Shown here in pieces: positions 39,511 to 53,602 of a stretch of 64,000 nucleotides of DNA; position 1 is the stretch's first letter, and every line of letters begins with the position of its first letter. A program made the position numbers and the translations under genes. Origin of the DNA: Schmidtea polychroa (taxonomy: Eukaryota). The DNA is taken from positions 37,510,001-37,574,000 of the forward strand of contig CM097885.1 in the NCBI GenBank assembly GCA_044892525.1. Reading direction: 5' to 3'. The notes below the pieces were generated by a model, which searched no databases, was not told where the DNA came from, and worked only from the letters and a program-made list of their open reading frames with translations.

Positions 39511-41399
39511 TCAAGTTGTATTAATTAAAAATGAACGAACCAAAGTGAAAATGGATGCTTTGCTTTTAAAAGATGGCCAGCCAGGAACTATTTCTCAAGG
39601 AATAACGAAAGTTCTATATAGATTTAACTTATCGAATGCCATAAAAACCATTGTGGTGAACATAACCAGTGTAAATACTGGAAAAAGAAGTTAAGTTGTT
39701 GATATATTGCAACAAATCTTTGAAAAAAAGCCTATAAATTAGCCATTTTATTTAATTTACAAAAATTTCATAAAATATTTTACAAATCATATAAAAAACG
39801 TTGGATCTGTTCCCCAAATGAATTTCTATCAATGGTTTCATTGAAAATTTATTTTAGAAATATTAAAAATAATTTAATTTCGTGAAAAATATAATTTACT
39901 TTTGAAATTTGCTAAAATTTAAATTTAAAAATAATAAATAAATAAATTAAATAATAAAATTAATTAAATGTAAAAAAAATCAGTGGTGAAATTATAAATT
40001 GAAATCATGTGGTGAAAAAATTGGAAAAAGTTCTTGTAATATATAGTTTCTAATTAAAATAAACATATCAATTGGTATTATTAATAATTTAAATTGATGT
40101 TCAACATTTTTTCAAATGCTACAAAAACCAAATCAAAACTATTGAAAATCATCAAAATTATTTTAAATTATATAAAATGATAATTAAACAAATATTTGAA
40201 ATTCTATATTATCCAATTATTATCTTCTAAATTTGGGCTCAAATATCATTGATTGATATTTATTTTATTAATATATTCAAACAAATATAATTATTAAAGA
40301 TTTAATTGGAAAAAAATTGAATAGGAAATCAGAATGATTAACAAATATCATTTATCGATTTCCTTATATGGATTACCAATCAGAAATCAATAAAATGAAA
40401 ATTATTTAATTGTTTTTTCATTTTTTTCTTTTTAATAATTTCAGCATTTTAAAAAATAATTTTTCAGGTTTCTAATATTTGCAAAAATAATTAATTTTTT
40501 TAAACGCAAAATTTATTCATGGAAATATTTATAAAATTAATAATATTTCGATCTATTAAAAATGAGAATTAAAAATATTATTATAATTTCAATAAATAAT
40601 TAAATAAACATAGCAATAATTATATTATAAGAAAGTCCACTCGAACATTCGTTTTACAATTTATTTCGACAGTTTTCAGGATATCGTAAAACTGGATAGA
40701 AAAAGCAATAGATATTATAGATTTTATGAACAAATCTTTTTTTTAAAAATATGTTTATAATTATAATTATTATAATTATAATTATAATTTTATTTCAATA
40801 TAATTTTTATAATTTTTTCAAATAACTCATTCTTATAATATAATTTCAATATTCATTTACGACTACGTACTACGACTGAGGTTATCAAAGCGTGGATCAC
40901 GAAAAATTTAAAAATATACACTAAAAATGAGCAATGTGAATTTTGGATATTTAAATTAATATTTTTACTGGGTTACTTTGATTTTTTTCTGATAGTTATA
41001 TAATTCTAAATTAAATATGTTAAATATAAAACAGAAGAAAAGAAGTCGATATTTTTATTTGCTCTTGCATCCCCTCTTTACTGGTCGGGTAAGTTTCCAA
41101 TTTTAAAAGTGGATTCTGGTAGCCGAATGTTTTAGAGCTTATGTAATTCGATATTGGTTTGTGAATTTTTCCTTAAAATAAATTCCATTTATAGTCTGAA
41201 TGTTGGTGGATAAACTTTACTTACTTCAAACTTTTCAAAACTAAGTAGTGCATTAAATAAGTCCTTGAACTAGGATATTAATAGAATGATGGCCATAGTG
41301 AATTTGTTACTATAAAGAACGGTCGCCTTAGTGGCTACATATTTACTATTGTCATGTCTGGGATGTTTCTTAGGTGAAAGAGCAGGGTAGCTTTGTCAT

Positions 41400-41810
41400 T
41401 GCCGTGCAGATTATGCAGTGTCATAAAATTCCTAGCACTGAAAGACACTGAGAAAAAAGATATCATTCAACAGCTATAGTAGGTCTATCAGGACCTTTGC
41501 CCAGGTCATTCAACGATTTACAGCTGGATTGGAGAGTTTATGCAAGGCTTACAGCCAGATTTTGACGAGGAAAGAGAAAGAAGACCGACTGAAATTTCCA
41601 ATGAGAAAGGACAATTTTGTCAGAAAATTGTTCTCTTTGAACTGAAGAAACGTCTCTACAACAGTACTTTTCGGCATAAGGAAACTGTCCGCGTTTTGTT
41701 CCCAGATTCATTAGTGGTGAAATGCTACTCATAGTCTGGTTTGCTGCAAATCCAACCTAAAATTATACGACAAATATGGCGATGATTATCTTCAAAATAT
41801 TGTGACAGAA
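41400..41810 (+). mobile_element. mariner-like transposase N-terminal remnant
   Basis: VYQDLCPGHSTIYSWIGEF...DFDEERERRP matches the mariner HTH pattern VYG..A.S.STVY.W...F..G...L.DE.R.GRP. Confidence 0.6.
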
Positions 41811-44213
41811 GGTGACCAAAGAGCTGTGTTTGAATCTGATAATTCTTGAAGATCATAAAAATAATTTGAGCTTTCTTTTGAATCATGAATTTGCTCCTTT
41901 GGATCCTTCACTGATTTTGAATGTCTATTCGAATTATAAATAGAAATTGGTTTTTAAACATGATTCCATTTCTTGCTTTGATATTTTGTCTTTTTTAGTT
42001 TTGATGTATTATCAAGTTTATTAGGGGTAGTAACAATTTAAACAAACAAATTTTGTAAATAATTAACATAAACAATAATCTTGTATAACTAGTATAAAAG
42101 ATGATCAAACAATAACATTTTGAAATGAACGGAATGTTGCTCAGAAACACCCACCAATTTTGTGCAGGAAAGAGACCAAAAAAATTCACTAATAGCCGGA
42201 TAATATCAAATTATTTTCCTAGAACTCTCAAACTTGATGTTACAAGTTTGAAATAAAATACTAAAACTTTAACTGTAGTTTAGTACAATTTATTATATAA
42301 CTTCTCAAAACAGCTTACAATAAAATCCCCTTTACAATATATTTAACAACAAATTTTATTCTAAAACCCGTGATACCCATTTTCACCTTCTTTAGGGACT
42401 CCTAAAGCCTTTCAAAATTGTGAATATTTGTGGATTCACTAACCTTTGCTATGTGTTAACGGTAGGAAGTTATGAAATCTAGAACATAAAATTATTTATT
42501 CCAATAATTTATTTGATACCTCTTTCAAACAAAACTACTAATTAATTCAAATTAAAATTTGTTCACTATTATGCAAATGGGCAATACACCGATATATTCT
42601 CTGATGTTTTATGATTTTTACTGACCATAAACCCACTTTTGCCTCTTTAGGAAGAGAAAAGCTGTCAACTTTATAAAATTAAAGGATCATGACTTGGATA
42701 ACAGACTAGGTACACTTCAAAAATAATGAAAACAATAAATCAGAATTCTTTATGTTATATATTTTGATATTTTACATATTATTATTATAATAAAAACAGG
42801 CTTCATGCATTTTTGAGTCTGAAAATTGTCTGAATAAGCTTAATTATTTTATTAAGTTCCTTTTTGAAAACTTCTATTGAGGTTAGCTTAAAGAGTGGGC
42901 CAAGGCGTTTAACCCGCCAAGAAAATATCAAATATCGAGATCATTCGCATTTTTTAGTAATTGTCAATTTTATTGTTAAAGTATTTTGAAATTTGATAAA
43001 TATTTGTTGAATTAGTAATATATGGGTTTTCCACATAATACGGCGACATTCCACTGTAACCTTCCATGACACCCAGCTATGAAGCACTGCACTAAATCAT
43101 TTTTTATTCAACTTAAGATTTTATACAAAAAATACAGTTTATTAGATAAAATTGTATCATATTTCTTTCTTTTACACCTAAATCTTCGCTTCCTTAACTT
43201 AAATCTAAGGGGGAAGATTTTCTTTTAAAATTAGTTTTAAAATCATTTGAAAATCTTCAAAAATTAAAATAATGAGAGGCTTGTCCACTTTAAAAAAATA
43301 CCTCTGGTTTAAATCAGACTGTGCAATACTAATATTATTTGATTGTTTTCAATATTGCGCCCTGTGCTAGATATTATTTATAAAAATCATAATAATAAAT
43401 AAACAAATAATTAACAAATAATAACATTTATGGCAAGCGAGAAAAAATGCTAATAAAATGAAATTAAAATTTCCCTTTATGGGTTTATGAAATAATTATT
43501 ATAGTGTTCATTTTATATTAATACTGATGAGAACAAATTTTATGTAATAAAATGAAAATTATTAACAAATTTGGCATATTAGAATGTGTTTTAATGATCA
43601 GTTAATGATCAATTTGTTTTAATAAATTGATTGCTGTCTAATTTTAGTATANNNNNNNNNNNNNNNNNNNNNNNNNNNNNNNNNNNNNNNNNNNNNNNNN
43701 NNNNNNNNNNNNNNNNNNNNNNNNNNNNNNNNNNNNNNNNNNNNNNNNNNNNNNNNNNNNNNNNNNNNNNNNNNNNNNNNNNNNNNNNNNNNNNNNNNNN
43801 NNNNNNNNNNNNNNNNNNNNNNNNNNNNNNNNNNNNNNNNNNNNNNNNNNNNNNNNNNNNNNNNNNNNNNNNNNNNNNNCGATTTTAAAGATAGAGAAGA
43901 CAAATTGTATAATTGCCTAATGTAATGAGAAAGAAGAATTTAATTAAAAAAAATCAAGTTTGTGATTTTTTATGAGAAAAAAAATTGTTTTCTTCCATTT
44001 TTGTTGCACAAGAAATTAAAGAAAAAGAAGAAACAATCAATTGCAAAATTCATTTTCTCTAGTGAACGTCGAATGACGGCGACACTGTGCACGTTCACCA
44101 TTTAAAATGTAAACGAATGAAAACTGGTCTTATTTAAACAATTATATTTAATAATTATATAATCTATTTTGTAATTCTGTTCAGAATCATTATTCATATA
44201 TTTTATTAACTAT

Positions 44214-44214
<1 letters not shown>

Positions 44215-44271
<57 letters not shown>
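44215..44271. repeat. (TAA)n microsatellite
   Basis: Direct reading of the sequence. Confidence 0.95.
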
Positions 44272-44277
<6 letters not shown>

Positions 44278-44999
44278 GTTGTCATTTTAAGATCTTGATG
44301 AGTTAAAAATTTAGAAATATTAATAAATATCAATTTATTATGAATTAATTGAAATTGATTTAAGATAAACAAAATAACAATACATATTAAAATAGTATAA
44401 AATATTTACATGAATAATATTTAAAAGCTATGAAGTAAATTATTACAATCCATTTCAAAAAGTAAAAAGGATTTAATTGGCAATATTATTTGGTTTAGTG
44501 ATATTATTTGGAAATTTCCGTTAATTTAAACAACGTTTAATGAATTAAATATAACGAATTAAGATTTTAATGTTAATTTAATATAGCAATCAAATAAATA
44601 ATAAAATATTAAAAAACTAACTAAACTAAATATTTTTCAATGAAATTATCATTAATCATTAATAATGCCAACAACGTAAACAACAATGATGTAATAACTA
44701 TGATTTATTGAGTTAATTAAAAAATCTCAATAAATTTGTTGCTAACTGAATGTTAATTGTATGGGATTGTGATTTAATCACTAATGCCTCACAAAATTTC
44801 TTTCCCACTTATTATTAGTTTTAATATAATAAGTAGGATAGGATGACAATCCTCTACAATAGAAAGAAACGCCAGTGAACTATAGTAAAGAACTATTTCT
44901 TTTTGAATTAGGCAATGTACAAAACAATTAAAAAAACATACCTTAGTGCAGTAAAAAAATACATACTGAGTATTTCCAGAGCAATTTAATCTTGAGTGT

Positions 45000-45715
45000 C
45001 TTTCAGAATTAGCAAATTAGAGCCCTCAGAATATGGCACATTCAAAATGAGTAAATTCAGCTAGCAGTTCTTCGCCTTTATTTATCAATAGCTGAACCAT
45101 CAGGAAACTTGAAGCTGTTATCAGAATATCTTATAAAAGTTTATGTGCTATCCTGATTTGAAATAAAGAAAAACAAAAGAGAAACGCATGAAGCACATCG
45201 TCTTAATAGAATAATCAAGATAAGTTCATTCTTTCCATAAGAATTCAAGAAAACTGTGCACGAAGTTATTCAGGGGAATGGCTACTTTGTTCACCCTGAA
45301 AATATTATGTGAACAACACTACAAGATGAACTAACATACATTCAAGAACTTGGTCTGAGAATGATACTCAAAGCAAGTAAAATTGACCGGAAGTGTATTG
45401 AATTTAAAGACAAAAGAGTATTTTGACATTATTCAATGGGAACCACCAGCCCCTTTGAATCTTAGCAATGAAAATATAGAAGCATTAATTGCAAGGAGTT
45501 CCTACTCTGAGATAGCGAAATCTCTTTGTCATTCTCACACAGTAGAGAAGCACGTGAGATTGATGACAGAAGCATCATTGATATTATGTGACACTGAACC
45601 TAGGGATGGTTTCATGTACATCCGAATCAAGGTTCAAAATAAGTTTCCAAATTCAACACCAAAGTTAACTTTTTCGGATCTTGTGTGGTACCAAAAAAAT
45701 GATAATTAACGAAGT
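45000..45715 (+). mobile_element. hATm-like transposase C-terminal remnant
   Basis: LNLKTKEYFDIIQWEPP and LCHSHTVEKHVRLMTEAS...RDGF resemble the PCHTQAVER.VKLVTEAS...RDG motif of this family. Confidence 0.6.
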
Positions 45716-48572
45716 TGAAACTTTTTTGCTGTTGCTGTTTCAACAATTAAAATCCTTGTTATGTCAGTAAACGATAAAATTATTGAAATTAGACTACCGT
45801 TTGAAGTTTGCATTGTTTGGCGTAAAAAGTGAAAAATAACCGATCAAACGTAACCTAACCTAACATTACCTTAATCTAACATTGGAAAACGCAAAGTACC
45901 TTGAGGTACGATAACCGAAAAGATGCTCTAATTGCTGTTGACCTCATGTGTAATTTGAAGATGATGACATATTTAACTGCAATTTTTTTTCATTAATTTT
46001 TTTCAATTAATATCACAATTTAATGGATCAAGAAACAACAAAAAAACTTTTTCATTCCACTCTATTATACATGAGTACTTACTATTTTTCAATTTTAATA
46101 ATAAATTTTATTTTTTAAATTATAAATCATTCTAAAATTAATGCAACAAAAACAAACAGAAAAATGCAAAATAGTTTAATTACTATTTGCATGATGAATT
46201 AGACACTTGTCACGCCTGTCTATATCACTTCACTTCTTCTCAAAACAGACTAAGTTTATCAACTTCTATATCTCAAGTGACTCTCAATTTGGAATGGATT
46301 CCGAGAAATTATTCTTTTTGTTTCTAATAAAAATTAAACCTCTCAATTGTTAAGAAAATTTAAATGTTTTGTTAACCAAACACAATTCTTTAATGATAAA
46401 AAAAGATAAATTTATCAGTGAGCAATTTGCTTTCACTCATTAATTATGTGAGCAGAAAATACACCAAAGCGTAATAAATAAAGGCCTAAATGACATTAAA
46501 TAATGGTTTATCAATTGCAATAATAGAGGTTTTATTTAATTTTTTTTTAATTTAATTATTTAAGTGTAATTATTTAATTATTTAATTTGTTACATTTTGG
46601 TAATTAATAATATTACTATTATAGTTTGTACAGAATTCAGTGAATACTTGTGTTTTAAATGTTTTTAAATAATTTTTTGTATATTGTATATATCGATTGT
46701 TGTTGTTAAATTAAATAATTAATAAATTATTAAATTAAATTTTATATGTTAAAATTTAAAAAATAATATATTATTTGAATTTGAATATTATAATTTTTAA
46801 AAAAAATGAAATGTTTTTATTAAAATTTTTTTATATAATTAATAAAATTAATAAATTTGCTTAAAAATCCTTAATTTATATAAATATTATATCCTGCTGA
46901 TTATGACAGGAAAACTGTCGAAATATATCGTGAAAAGAATGTTTGATTGTCACTTTCTTAGAATTAAATCGTTGCCATGNNNNNNNNNNNNNNNNNNNNN
47001 NNNNNNNNNNNNNNNNNNNNNNNNNNNNNNNNNNNNNNNNNNNNNNNNNNNNNNNNNNNNNNNNNNNNNNNNNNNNNNNNNNNNNNNNNNNNNNNNNNNN
47101 NNNNNNNNNNNNNNNNNNNNNNNNNNNNNNAATAACTCACATATTAAATAACTAAGTCACATAATTTACAATATATATCTAGATATACATACCAATACAC
47201 ATTTAATGGTTAATAGGATCCCGGTGGTTTCAATTCTGGTTTCTAAGACTACTTAGAGTAAAAGTACTGTAATAATTGAGATGAAGAAGAATAATGAATC
47301 TCAAAAGACTGAAAAATTTACTTTGAACATTTTTTAAAAATCAAAATCTGTAGTCTCCCGATGAGAATTTTACAGTTTTAAAGATTTTCAAGTATTTTAT
47401 GGTGAATTTCACAATTGTGATCACAATTATGATCACATTTATATATAACTATTATGAAAGAATAGTCTTAAAAAAGCATAAAGAAGACGATATAAAATTA
47501 AACAGACTATAACATCAAGCAAGTATAGGTTTGAATAGAAAAAAGTTTCACAATCGATAATTTTAATTCAAAAAATGTACAGCGCCTGAACAATATTGTT
47601 TATTCTTCTTTATTTTTCTTCCTCTTTTTCCACCTCCTCTTCTTGTTCTTCTTGTTATTCTTATTATTATTGAAAATTCATATAATAATAAATTGTAACA
47701 TAAACTATATCAATAATAACTCAGCAAATAATACTAATTTTTCTAGATTATGCAGTTAGAAGCACAATAAATAGCATAGCAAATGTATGTTCTAATTTGG
47801 ATTATCTTAAGTAGATATTAGNNNNNNNNNNNNNNNNNNNNNNNNNNNNNNNNNNNNNNNNNNNNNNNNNNNNNNNNNNNNNNNNNNNNNNNNNNNNNNN
47901 NNNNNNNNNNNNNNNNNNNNNNNNNNNNNNNNNNNNNNNNNNNNNNNNNNNNNNNNNNNNNNNNNNNNNNNNNNNNNNNNNNNNNNNNNNNNNNNNNNNN
48001 NNNNNNNNNNNAACTATACAGTAAAGGCTTATCTCATAATTTACTTATTCACCATTTAATTTATGATGTTATAAAGAAATCATTAATAATAATGAAGTTA
48101 ATTAATGAAGTTAAAATATCTAAATCAACATTATTCTTTAATATTTATTTTGCCAATTATTAATTAAAACAAATCCCCGGAATGCCTTTTATGTAATTAT
48201 TGATTATTCTATTTTATAATTCTAATTCAATTCATGATATTTATTTCTGAGCAAAACTAAACATTTTCAAGAAAATCTCAGAAAGGAAATAACTTGTCAT
48301 TGTATAAAAATAACAAATTCAAAAAGAAAAAGAGAAAATGTAATCATTGTTTATATTCGTCAATTCAATTTTAGTATATTTTTTTTCTGAAAATCAGAAA
48401 ATATTTCAGAATTTCTGCCGAAAAATCGATTTGGAAATTAATTAACATAATGAAAATTGAAAAATTGAGTCTTGGTAATATTGGTTGAAATTTATTACAT
48501 GTTTTGGTATATTGATAATGAGAAATTTAATAATAATAATAAAAAACATAATTTATTAAAAAGAAAGTTTGA

Positions 48573-48714
48573 GACTATAAATCAATAATGTATCGATGTT
48601 TTTTGATACTCACGAATTTTCGGCACTGCCTTTTTCAAGTGAATTTACTTTAAAAAGGCAGTGCCGAAAATTCGTGAGTATCAAAAAACATCGATATATT
48701 ACTGATTTATAGTC
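48573..48714. repeat. Near-perfect ~62-bp-arm foldback mini-element
   Basis: GACTATAAATCAATAATGTATCGATGTTTTTTGATACTCACGAATTTTCGGCACTGCCTTTTT, 16-nt spacer, then the reverse complement with few mismatches. Confidence 0.9.
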
Positions 48715-50129
48715 TTCAAGCTCTCTTTCTAATAAATTCAATGGAAAAAATAATCAGTGGTGAAATTGGAAAAAAATGTTCTTATAATAAAAAACATAAT
48801 AATAATAATTATTATTATTATTGTTGAGAATACCCAATTAACAAATATTAAGTAATATTTTAAAATGAAAAAAAATGATTGTGGGAAAATTGGTAAAATA
48901 AATGGTATATTTTTTTGGAATTTTAAGAAGATGGAATCAAAGCAAGAAATTGAGAAATGAGAAGATAATACTAAAATTAAGGAAATCAAGCAATAAAGTA
49001 AAGGAAGGTTATTGTTAATTAATAAGTACAAAATGCGGAAAAGAAATTTTGAAATAAAAAAAGAAAAATTCATATCTTGACAGAACAAACAAAGATGTAG
49101 CAAAAGTTATCAGATACATAAAAAGGGAAATAATCAAAAAAAAATATATATAGACAGCTGTCAAAAATAATTTATGAACAATGAGGAAAAAATGAAATGT
49201 GCTCTATTCAAATAATTGTAAAACAGGAATAATTTGAAGTACCAGAGAATGACAATTTATAAAAGAAAGAAACCATAACAGAAAAAAATAAGAAAAATTA
49301 GAAAAGAAAGCTATTGGAGCCGATTTAGCAATGATGAGTTATTGAAATAAATTTTTATTAATTGGACTACAGAGTTAAATCCACTATTAAATCAGATGAA
49401 ACCTATGATAAAATAAAAGTATAAATTGAAGGAAAATTTTTATTGTGTTGATCAAATAAAGTACGCTTTGAGCAAGACNNNNNNNNNNNNNNNNNNNNNN
49501 NNNNNNNNNNNNNNNNNNNNNNNNNNNNNNNNNNNNNNNNNNNNNNNNNNNNNNNNNNNNNNNNNNNNNNNNNNNNNNNNNNNNNNNNNNNNNNNNNNNN
49601 NNNNNNNNNNNNNNNNNNNNNNNNNNNNNNNNNNNNNNNNNNNNNNNNNNNNNNNNNNNNNNNNNNNNNNNNNNNNNNNNNNNNNNNNNNNNNNNNNNNN
49701 NNNTACCAGCACAAATTAATTGTTAATTAAGTAAATAATAAGATAATTCTTTACAATTTCTCGGATTTTTGCAGTTTCAATTTTCAAATTCTTATTGATG
49801 TTCTTTTGAAATTTATTTTTTGCTTTTTCAATTGTTTAAATTTATGATTAAATTAAATAGATAAAATTAAAACTTGAAATTGAGTTCAATATAAAATTTT
49901 AAATTACTGAAAGTAAAAAAAATTTCTTTTTAACAAAAAATTAGAAATAATAATATTTTGAGTTTAAATTAAAAATATAAACAGAATTATATTTTAATTT
50001 TTATCCCTAAAAGGTTTAAACTTTTTATTTACGTAAATTTAATCTAATTATAATTATTTAAATTATAAAAATTTAAGACTACAAACTATTTTAAAAGCAT
50101 TTTTCATAACTTATAAATATTTCATCAAA

Positions 50130-50660
50130 GTTAACAACAGATCAGAATGGCGATTTCACTTATTTCTTTTTATTGTTAATTCTTGAATATTCTTTATCTA
50201 TGATAAGAATTGCCTCTTTAAATCTGAGATTTTTTTTAAAGTTGCATAAGTTAAAATTTCAATTGAAATATGTTTATTCTCCTTCCTTGGTTGACATTGG
50301 AAATGTCTGATTACCAAGTGTTCGTTAACTATTTGGTGCAAGTTTCTGTACTTCCAATGTATATTTCTTTGTTTGTATTACACATTATTCAGTAGACAAC
50401 ATTTTTATGGAAACATATTTTCCTTGGTGTCTGAATACGTTGTCCAAATGTTTTCGTTTTTATGCTTTTCACCAGACCTTGCTTCAAAGTCCAAATCTTA
50501 TGTGCTATACAAATTAGAATGACAATGTGTCTAAGCTTTTTCAGTATCTTGACGTCTTTTTTGTGTTGTTATTCAAGGTTATCCATAAAAATAATTGCTA
50601 ACAAACATGAAAGGCTAGAACCGATTTCACTTGCTCATTTATCTTGTGTACAATGGTAAA
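50130..50660 (-). mobile_element. Second Penelope-like GIY-YIG remnant
   Basis: KNVVY*IMCNTNKEIYIGST and RFKEAILIIDKEYSRINNKKE on the minus strand. Confidence 0.55.
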
Positions 50661-50946
50661 AAAGATATTTTCGTGGATAACAGTTAAATGTTTGATGAAA
50701 TACTCGCATTGTAGTATAATAAATAAAAGTTGTTATTTAAAAATATTAATTATGTTGTATTATTTTTATTCATTAAATATTTTATTACTCACACACGCAC
50801 AACCTTATAATACACACGCACCTCAGTTGTCCAGATACAGTTTTCGTTAAAGGAGACTCTGCTGAGTTGAACAGATTTCCATAACACAGTAATCCACCTC
50901 GCTAATATACTTAAGATATACTTAAAATATACTTAAGATCTCAATG

Positions 50947-51098
50947 CGCGTCTGTGTGCGCGTTGTATTGTGTGATGGGTTTGTGTGCGCACACAGACGC
51001 GAGCAATGTCATTTTTGTGTTGGGTTGTTAGTTTATCTCGCGTCTGTGTGCGCTTTTCTTTTCTTTGTTTTTGGCTTGTGTGCGCACACAGACGCGAG
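50947..51098. repeat. Two tandem GC-rich inverted-repeat units
   Basis: CGCGTCTGTGTGCGC at 50947 and 51039; GCGCACACAGACGCG at 50987 and 51082. Confidence 0.9.
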
Positions 51099-51166
51099 CA
51101 AGAGGTAGGACAATTTTATTAATTAGTTTTTTGTGAATGTTGTAATTTTTTAGATTTATTAGATTT

Positions 51167-51763
51167 TTGAATTTGAATGGATTTAGAGAGTTGTTAATGA
51201 TGGCTGCTTTTAATGAAGAAATTTATGAATCTGATAACTCAATGGAAATTGGAAATACTACCAACGAAACTGATGGTTCCTTTTTTATGATCCTAAGAGA
51301 TCCTGATAACTTTAATGGTGTTTTTGGCCAACTAATATTAAATTTATTTGGTGGATGGATTTCCGTGGGTATTCGATGCAATAATTGTGATGTAGTAGCT
51401 ACACAAAGAAAGGTTCCAGATAAAATGATTGAGAAGAGTTCAGCTACAAGATTGTTTAATATTACTGAGAGTACTGGAGGTGTTATGACTGGTATGATCC
51501 CTGATTATCGATCTCAAGTATGTCGTGCACAAATGGAAGCAGCTCGATTTAGATATAAACATGGATATGAAATGCCTTGCGACATAATATGTCGTTCTAT
51601 TGCGGATATTAAGCAGCTTTCTACCCAATCAACTGAGATGCGACCATTAGGTTGTTCAATGATGGCATTATCTTATGGTATTGACATGGACAAATTGTTA
51701 TTATTCAAAAATAAAATTATTATTCGTGATCTTGAATTTAAACATGAACATTGTTGTAAATAG
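51167..51763 (+). CDS. PSMA6: Chimeric ORF containing an internal fragment of proteasome subunit alpha-6
   Basis: GGWISVGIR...VATQRKVPDKMIEKSSATRLFNITESTGGVMTGMIPDYRSQV.RAQMEAARFRYKHGYEMPCD...IADIKQLSTQSTEMRPLGCSMM matches the middle of PSMA6. The conserved N-terminal FDRHITIFSPEGRL and the C-terminal half are absent and replaced by unrelated sequence. Possibly a pseudogene. Confidence 0.7.
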   Translation: MNLNGFRELLMMAAFNEEIYESDNSMEIGNTTNETDGSFFMILRDPDNFNGVFGQLILNLFGGWISVGIRCNNCDVVATQRKVPDKMIEKSSATRLFNITESTGGVMTGMIPDYRSQVCRAQMEAARFRYKHGYEMPCDIICRSIADIKQLSTQSTEMRPLGCSMMALSYGIDMDKLLLFKNKIIIRDLEFKHEHCCK

Positions 51764-52022
51764 ATAAACCTGTTGCATTTTACAGTAATAAAACTTTGAA
51801 ACAATTTTAAATTTGTGTTCTATATTTTAAAATATTGGATTTACGTCAATAATAGCGGTCACAAAACAGTGATCACAAAAATAACGAGTGGTTAAAACTT
51901 CTGAAAATAGCTAAGATAATGCATCACTAATGCAACTTATATGCATGATTAACATAGAGTAATAACCAAACCTGTTGTGAGGTGTTTTTGAGCTTGAAAC
52001 TTGTTTACTGTGACTAAGTAAT

Positions 52023-52467
52023 CAGGGCCGTAACAAGGGTGGTGCGAGCGGTGCATTTGCACAGGGCGCACATCTGAAAAGAGCGTAAATTGGGATGTAC
52101 CAATTTTTTAATGTCACCAAAAAATGAAAAAATATAAATAAAAAATAATAAATGATATGAACGAAAAAAACAACATCCTAGCTAGCCTATCTTTAACATT
52201 ACTGGTTGGACTGGTCCATTAGCGTGCCTTCGTAGGTGTGTATTTTATAAAATGTTAGTCCACAAAATGTGTTCCTGTCATTTTTTTAATTAGCAACAAA
52301 ATTTTAAGAGCATTACTACCTATTATATAATAGCTGGAGATGAATACATAGTTAACAATCTTAACATGAATATTATAATTATTATAGTAGGCTGTTTTGA
52401 ATTCGCGTGTTGTGGGCGCCAGATATATGAACCGCACAGGGCGCAATAATGCCTTGTTACTGCCTTG
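52023..52467. mobile_element. hAT-type MITE
   Basis: TIRs CAGGGCCGTAACAAGG / CCTTGTTACTGCCTTG; perfect 8-bp TSD TAAGTAAT. Confidence 0.88.
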
Positions 52468-53602
52468 TAAGTAATATCCAGATCAAAAGATCAGACATAA
52501 TTTACCATCATGATCCATTTACAATTTGCATCTATCAAGTATTTTAATGGTAAAACTTACTTATTTTATTAGCTTTCACGATAATTTGCAATAATATTTA
52601 TATTATGTAATCAAGCTTATCACAAATGACAATGTATTTTAGAAAAACTTTAGATATTGAAGTTAAAGAAAAAAAAATTATTGTCAATTTTGAAGAAAAT
52701 TTGGCTGCTATCTACTAATGAATTTTTAATAACAACTACGTTATAAATATATTTTAAATGTTATTAATAATAATGAAATTATTTTAAATAATTTTTAATT
52801 ATGTTTGTCTCTAAATTTTAAGTAACAAATTTTTTTGTGAATAAATTTCATTTTTTTGTAAATACAAATGTTATTTTAGATAATTATTATTTTGTTTGAT
52901 TATTATTTATTAAAGTCGGTATTAATTCTGACTTATCGTGGTCTTTGTCTCAATTAATCAAATAAGACCCGGCACAAAATAATTTATTGAAACTCAATCA
53001 GATTTTCCTAATATCGTCAACCACACTTTTAATCTACACTTTTGAAGAGAATCATTCGGGCACTAATTCTAATGGGAAACTGTCTTTTTTATATATCTAT
53101 ATCTTTTGCACTGTTTCTTTGACCGTTAATTTGATTTGTTTCGTTCGGTTTTCGACCAACTGGCAATTGACCACCATTCTCTCTGCTTTTATACTGATTT
53201 GTCCCTACAATCTTTGCAAATAAAATAATTATATGAACTGTATTTTGTTGAAAATAGGACTATTAAACAGGCGACCTTTTTCAATTTCCACGGAGATAAA
53301 TGATTTTTTAATAATGCATTTTTACCGGATGCCATTCAATAAAAAATTCCATGGAAATTGAAAAAGATTGTTTTTATAGTTGAAAATTCTTTCATTTTAT
53401 TAAATATATACTTCGCAGCAAAAGGTTTAAATTATCACTTAATTGTTAAACATTTAATTAATGCTGCTACCAAGAAATCATTAGTATTAGTAATAATACT
53501 GATAAATGAAAATGACCTTCATCCACTTCGCAGCCTTTGTCAATTCAATGCACTTTACCATGACAAAATAAGTGACCCAATTCAATTTACTATATTCTAA
53601 AC

